Source: a virus | Taxonomy: Duplodnaviria; Caudoviricetes | DNA length: 56,480 bases | Direction: 5' to 3' (one strand) | Virus record (IMG/VR): IMGVR_UViG_3300022200_000053 | Span: 1 to 56,480 of that record | Part shown: positions 51,981-56,480 of the stretch, in pieces | Layout of the letters: each line of letters begins with the position of its first letter | Numbering within the stretch: the first letter of the stretch is position 1 | Translations under genes and position numbers: made by a program | Notes under the pieces: generated by a model | Databases searched by the model: none | What the model was told of the DNA's origin: nothing | The model's input: the letters and a program-made list of their open reading frames with translations, nothing else

Positions 51981-54628
51981 CAAGCCAAAGTCAACAAGCT
52001 CTTAAGCCTGGCGAAATTAGGCTTGATCTTATTCCAATTGATTGGCCCCTGACTCCACTGGGTGCAAATAAAGATCCGTACATCCAGGGCTGGCAGAACA
52101 AACCATTTAGTGTCAAAGAAATTGAAGAGGAGCTAGCAACAGGTGACTGTAAAGCAATTGGCGTACTTGGCGGCCCTACCTATAACCATCCTTATGGTTT
52201 GGTTTGGGTTGATGTTGACGGACCAAGCGTCTACAAACTCATCGAAAAAATCAGTGGATTCTGTTGGTATGACGCCTTGCCTCCCACCCTTACCATCTTT
52301 AGCGGTAAAAAGGGAAGGGAACGTCGCCTCTACAAGTTAGACCGCGACAAGCACAAACATTTTTTAAGAAATAAATACACCTGGCACGCAGAAGAAAATA
52401 AAGAAAAGCTTGAGATCCTTTGGAAAAAACACCAGGGTGTCTTGATGGGTCTGCACCCAGAGACAGAAGGCTACTACACAGGAGAAGGGTTGGGTTTTGA
52501 GTGGGCGGACAAGCTGCCTGAACTTCCTGGTTGGATCTTGGATGGCATCATTACTAAAAACGCAAAACAAGGAAAACCAGCTCAGGAAGTCTCTCGAATT
52601 ATTGGTAGCGGATTTGCTATAACCTCATCGATAGGACTAGAGCGAGATATCCAACTTGCAATTGAAGCAACGTGGGGTATGCCTCCAGAGGCAGCAGATG
52701 ATTATGACATCTGGATTACAGTTGGTCAAACGCTTCATGCATTGGACGAATCCTTGCTAGAGCAATGGGATGAATGGTCTAAGCAATCTGAAAAATATCG
52801 AGAAGGTGAATGCCATAAACGTTGGTTGTCCTTTAGTAAAAGCGGTGGACGCGGTCTTGGTTCCTTGATCCATGTAGCCAAGGAACAGGGATGGACGCCA
52901 TCCATGGATTATAAAGTGATGAATGTAGATGACTCAACGCTTGAGCACATCGCATCAGAGCTTGAAAAAATTGAGTCACATATTCAAGAGCAAAGTACTA
53001 TGCCGGCGATCAAAGAAGAAAAAACCACGATCTTATCTACAGCAAAAACATGGGGTAAAGAAAGAAAAGGGAAAAGTAAAGAACCTCGCCCCAAAAATCA
53101 ATCATCTGATGTTGTTGCTGAGAAAATTCTCAGTATGTATAACGGGAATTTAAGGTATAGCGAAAACCAGGGCTTTTTCTATATCTATGGCCATCGTTCG
53201 CCTGGTGTCTGGTGTCACCTCTCAGAGCTTGAAATGAAAAGCTCTATTAAAGAGCATCTTGAGTATGTAAAAGAATCACTGCTTCCCAATGGATATTCCA
53301 TGAATATGATCTCGGATGTCATGGAGCAGCTCAGGATTTCAACCCTGCATGAAGATTGGTATGAAGACAATGAGCTACTACTTTTTACCAATGGGATCTT
53401 GAACGTTAAAACAAGGGAGCTTCTTCCATTCAACAAAGAAATGTACATGATACAACAACTGCCTTATGACTACGATCCAGGGGCAGGTTGTGAACCCATC
53501 ATTAAATGGCTGAAGGAAGCACAGAATAATGATTGGAGTCGCGTTCAGGTATTAAGGGCTTGGCTTCGTGCTGTACTTCTTAGTCACTCGGAAATACAAA
53601 AGTTTGTTGAGATTGTAGGCCCAGGGAAATCTGGTAAGTCGACCTATTCAAACCTTGCCCATGCATTGGTGGGCGATGAGAACGCAATGATCTCATCCTT
53701 GGAACACCTTGAGAAAAATAGGTTTGAGACAGCAAATCTGTATAAGAAAAAACTGTTGCTGTTCAATGATGTGGAGCGGTATGGCGGATCGGTATCTGTG
53801 TTAAAAGCAGTGACCGGTCGTGACCTAATTCGTAAAGAACGTAAGTTCCAAGCTGGGTCTCAAAAACCGTTTAAATTTAATGGTCTCGTTATTATTACAG
53901 CAAACGAACCAATTCAAACTACAGATCCAACTTCTGGTCTTGCCAGGCGGCGTCTTACGATTCCATTTGATAAACCATTTACTGGTAACTCGGCAGAACA
54001 ACGTACCCTTATTGATATGGACGACAACGGTCGTCCGTTTGGAGAGTTTGCTTCTTTGCTTCCAGGGCTGGTGAATTGGGTTCTGGATATGTCAGAAGTT
54101 GAAATGCGAGAATACCTTATGGAAACCACCAGCAAGGTTGAGTTTTTTGCCAAACACCATCGAGAACAAATTCTGAAGTCCAATCAAATTATGGATTGGC
54201 TAGAGCACTGTATTGTTTTCGATCCAGATGTGTCGTCTGCCATCGGATTGGCAAAGAACGCAGTAGCTGGTTCCGGTAAACTATACTCCAATTCTGATAA
54301 CTGGCTTTACGCCAACTACTGTGAGTTTTCCAGGGCGTCAAATAATAACATCCTAGGGCGCAGCCGATTTGAAACTCTTCTGATGGATGTGTGTCGTCAT
54401 CAACTTGCTCTGAATGTTTATAAATTTAAGACCAAAGGAGGCTGGAGGGTCGGCAATATTGCTTGTCGACTTGCTGATCCAACCAAGTACAAAACCTATC
54501 CTTCGATTGTAGAAGTCGGTTTAAACAAAGAAAATTGGCAGGATCAATATGGAAATGTCTTGGATAACAAGACTAATGAAACAATAAATGAAGATGAATT
54601 ATCCAAATGGGGAATGGTCGACATTTAA
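51977..54628 (+). CDS. Bifunctional primase-polymerase / SF3 (D5/P4-like) helicase
   Basis: Prim-Pol DVD motif, PriCT-2-like DYDIWITVG...WDEWSKQS, D5_N FTNGILN, Walker A GPGKSGKS and ANEP. Confidence 0.92.
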   Translation: MTSQSQQALKPGEIRLDLIPIDWPLTPLGANKDPYIQGWQNKPFSVKEIEEELATGDCKAIGVLGGPTYNHPYGLVWVDVDGPSVYKLIEKISGFCWYDALPPTLTIFSGKKGRERRLYKLDRDKHKHFLRNKYTWHAEENKEKLEILWKKHQGVLMGLHPETEGYYTGEGLGFEWADKLPELPGWILDGIITKNAKQGKPAQEVSRIIGSGFAITSSIGLERDIQLAIEATWGMPPEAADDYDIWITVGQTLHALDESLLEQWDEWSKQSEKYREGECHKRWLSFSKSGGRGLGSLIHVAKEQGWTPSMDYKVMNVDDSTLEHIASELEKIESHIQEQSTMPAIKEEKTTILSTAKTWGKERKGKSKEPRPKNQSSDVVAEKILSMYNGNLRYSENQGFFYIYGHRSPGVWCHLSELEMKSSIKEHLEYVKESLLPNGYSMNMISDVMEQLRISTLHEDWYEDNELLLFTNGILNVKTRELLPFNKEMYMIQQLPYDYDPGAGCEPIIKWLKEAQNNDWSRVQVLRAWLRAVLLSHSEIQKFVEIVGPGKSGKSTYSNLAHALVGDENAMISSLEHLEKNRFETANLYKKKLLLFNDVERYGGSVSVLKAVTGRDLIRKERKFQAGSQKPFKFNGLVIITANEPIQTTDPTSGLARRRLTIPFDKPFTGNSAEQRTLIDMDDNGRPFGEFASLLPGLVNWVLDMSEVEMREYLMETTSKVEFFAKHHREQILKSNQIMDWLEHCIVFDPDVSSAIGLAKNAVAGSGKLYSNSDNWLYANYCEFSRASNNNILGRSRFETLLMDVCRHQLALNVYKFKTKGGWRVGNIACRLADPTKYKTYPSIVEVGLNKENWQDQYGNVLDNKTNETINEDELSKWGMVDI

Positions 54629-54966
54629 TCCTTGATCTTTATGGGTGTGACCCAGGAATTCTGGATGATTACGAGAAGCTTCAACAGTTGCTTGAAGCTT
54701 CTCTTGTTATGGCAAAAGCAACTATTCTTCGGATTTTTGGGGAAAAGTTTCAGCCACAAGGAGTGACTCTCCTAGCACTGCTGTCGGAATCACATGCAAG
54801 TATCCACACCTGGCCAGAGATCGGGTACTGCGCTATCGATCTTTATACCTGCGGGGACACAACGCGAACACATAGAGCTGCTGAGTTTTTAAAGAAGAAA
54901 CTAAAAGCAAAAACAACAGAAGAAAAAGAGTTAGTACGGTCAATAACACCTACTGTTTCTGTATAG
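54607..54966 (+). CDS. speD: S-adenosylmethionine decarboxylase proenzyme
   Basis: GRHLILDLYGC...FQPQGVT...LSESHASIHTWPE...DLYTCG. Confidence 0.95.
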   Translation: MGNGRHLILDLYGCDPGILDDYEKLQQLLEASLVMAKATILRIFGEKFQPQGVTLLALLSESHASIHTWPEIGYCAIDLYTCGDTTRTHRAAEFLKKKLKAKTTEEKELVRSITPTVSV

Positions 54967-54991
54967 TAAGGCGAGAACTGTTTCATTTTCA

Positions 54992-56266
54992 ATGTCAAAA
55001 AAGAAAACTAAAGTCTTGTGGGTGGCAGATTTTGCTGCCATGACTGGCTTTGGACGAGTTAGTGGTGCCGTATTGCCCAGGCTGAGAGATAACTTTGAAT
55101 TTGTTGTGTTGGCCTGTAATTGGCATGGTGATCCAACAGATGAACAGAAAGATTTCAAGATGTACCCGGCGTCTAACCGATTTCAGCAGGCGCCCTTTGG
55201 AGAAGATCGCATCCGTGAAATCGTCGAAAAAGAACAACCTGACATTGTCTTTAGTCTGAATGATCCATGGATCGTTAGTGAGCAGTACCGTCGTATCGAG
55301 GACTTGCATAAAGCTGGTAAGTTTAAGTTCGTCGGTTACCTGACGATGGACAGCTATAACTGGCTTGGTGGCATTGATCCACATATCAATGGATGGGATG
55401 GGTTGGTTGCTTTTACTGAATTCGGTGCGTACGAATTTGTAAAAGCAGGTATTACCAAGCCTATTGCCGTAATTCCACATGGTTTAGATTCGGATGTTTT
55501 CTATCCCATGGACCAGGGGGAGGCTAGGGAGAAGCTGGGTCTCAAGAAAGACATCTTTATTGTGTTGAACGGAAACAGAAACCAGTTCCGCAAACGGATG
55601 GACATCACGATTGCTGCCTTTGCCAAGTTTGCTGTTGGTAGGCCGGATGCTCAGTTGTATATGCACATGGGCCTGAAGGACCAAGGCTGGGATCTGATGC
55701 CTCTGTTTGCCAGGGAGATGGGTAAGAACGGTCTTGATCCAAATGGTCGGATCATCATGACATCTAACAGCCATAACCCCCCGAATGTGCCGGTGGAGAT
55801 GCTGAACTGGATTTATAACTGCGCTGATGTTGGTGTCAATACCACCAAGGGTGGTGGTTGGGAGCTGGTCAACTTTGAAAACGCTGCCTGCCGTGTCGCT
55901 CAGGTGGTACCAGACCATACCAGTACTAAGGAGATTTTTGAGGGGTATGGAGAGTTGATCCGGTGCGACCACGTTGATGTGGATACAAATTATGGCCGGG
56001 AGATGCCATGCCCCTCCACGGAGCATTTAGTCGAGATCCTCTCGCACTTGTATGAGGACAAGACATATCGAGAGCATGTGGCAGAAAAGTGCTACCAGCG
56101 CGTCACTGACAAACAATTCTCATGGGACACAATTGCGTCTCAGTTTGGCGGCGTCTTCGAAGATGTGATGAATGATGTCAGCCACAGCGTGTTACCAGAG
56201 GCTGAGGTGGCGGTCAAACCTAAGAAGAATAGGAAGGAACGGAAGCGTCGTTCCCTGGCCGTGTAG
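54992..56266 (+). CDS. GT-B (GT4-like) glycosyltransferase
   Basis: TGFGRV, VIPHGLD, NRNQFRKR, IYNCADV, WELVNFENAAC. Confidence 0.88.
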   Translation: MSKKKTKVLWVADFAAMTGFGRVSGAVLPRLRDNFEFVVLACNWHGDPTDEQKDFKMYPASNRFQQAPFGEDRIREIVEKEQPDIVFSLNDPWIVSEQYRRIEDLHKAGKFKFVGYLTMDSYNWLGGIDPHINGWDGLVAFTEFGAYEFVKAGITKPIAVIPHGLDSDVFYPMDQGEAREKLGLKKDIFIVLNGNRNQFRKRMDITIAAFAKFAVGRPDAQLYMHMGLKDQGWDLMPLFAREMGKNGLDPNGRIIMTSNSHNPPNVPVEMLNWIYNCADVGVNTTKGGGWELVNFENAACRVAQVVPDHTSTKEIFEGYGELIRCDHVDVDTNYGREMPCPSTEHLVEILSHLYEDKTYREHVAEKCYQRVTDKQFSWDTIASQFGGVFEDVMNDVSHSVLPEAEVAVKPKKNRKERKRRSLAV

Positions 56267-56286
56267 GGTCATCTGGAAGCCAGCTG

Positions 56287-56315
56287 CCCCGTTCCCACAA
56301 GGAGCGGGGTTTTTT
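56287..56315 (+). terminator. Rho-independent terminator
   Basis: CCCCGTTCC-CACAA-GGAGCGGGG followed by TTTTTT. Confidence 0.85.
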
Positions 56316-56480
56316 AGTGCCAGGGGATCTCAATGTTGGAATCAGATAAGAACAATGGAGGGGTATAGGTGATTGGTGTCAGTAAAAAGGGTATACGTAT
56401 AGTTTTGCTTAGTTCTTAGAGTGTCAGACATTTTGGCCAAAATGTAGGTCACCATACCCTGTCTATATAGTCTTACGATG

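Overview
This window is about 56 kb of a tailed dsDNA phage genome, most likely a cyanophage. Supporting genes are NblA-like, DUF4278-like, Dps-like, SpeD and ThyX; from memory the gene set resembles Synechococcus phage S-EIV1 relatives, but this was not verified. Left arm (145-15871, minus strand): morphogenesis genes, i.e. probable scaffold, probable portal, terminase large subunit and G/A/Q-rich probable virion proteins. A non-coding switch region (~16194-16637) follows. A long plus-strand early/middle unit then carries dozens of small ORFs plus PcfJ-like, tRNA-Leu, ThyX, GP88-like, PolA with an HNH insertion, SSB-like, SWIM, Gp157-like and Dps genes. A short minus-strand block holds an HNH gene, degenerate tRNAs, a split DUF5872-like gene and a methyltransferase. 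The right end has an exonuclease, primase-helicase, SpeD and a glycosyltransferase. The most striking unexplained signal is a set of about 24 repeats in four families at plus-strand gene junctions, mostly intergenic, each showing compensatory base-pair changes. Family A: nine anticodon-less tRNA-elbow mimics fused to a second folded domain. Family D: two UUCG double hairpins. Family B: seven stem/internal-loop elements, one abutting tRNA-Leu. Family C: six compact H-type pseudoknots. They appear in order along the transcription unit and look like an RNA-level punctuation, processing or stabilisation system. All structure calls were made by eye and no database searches were run.
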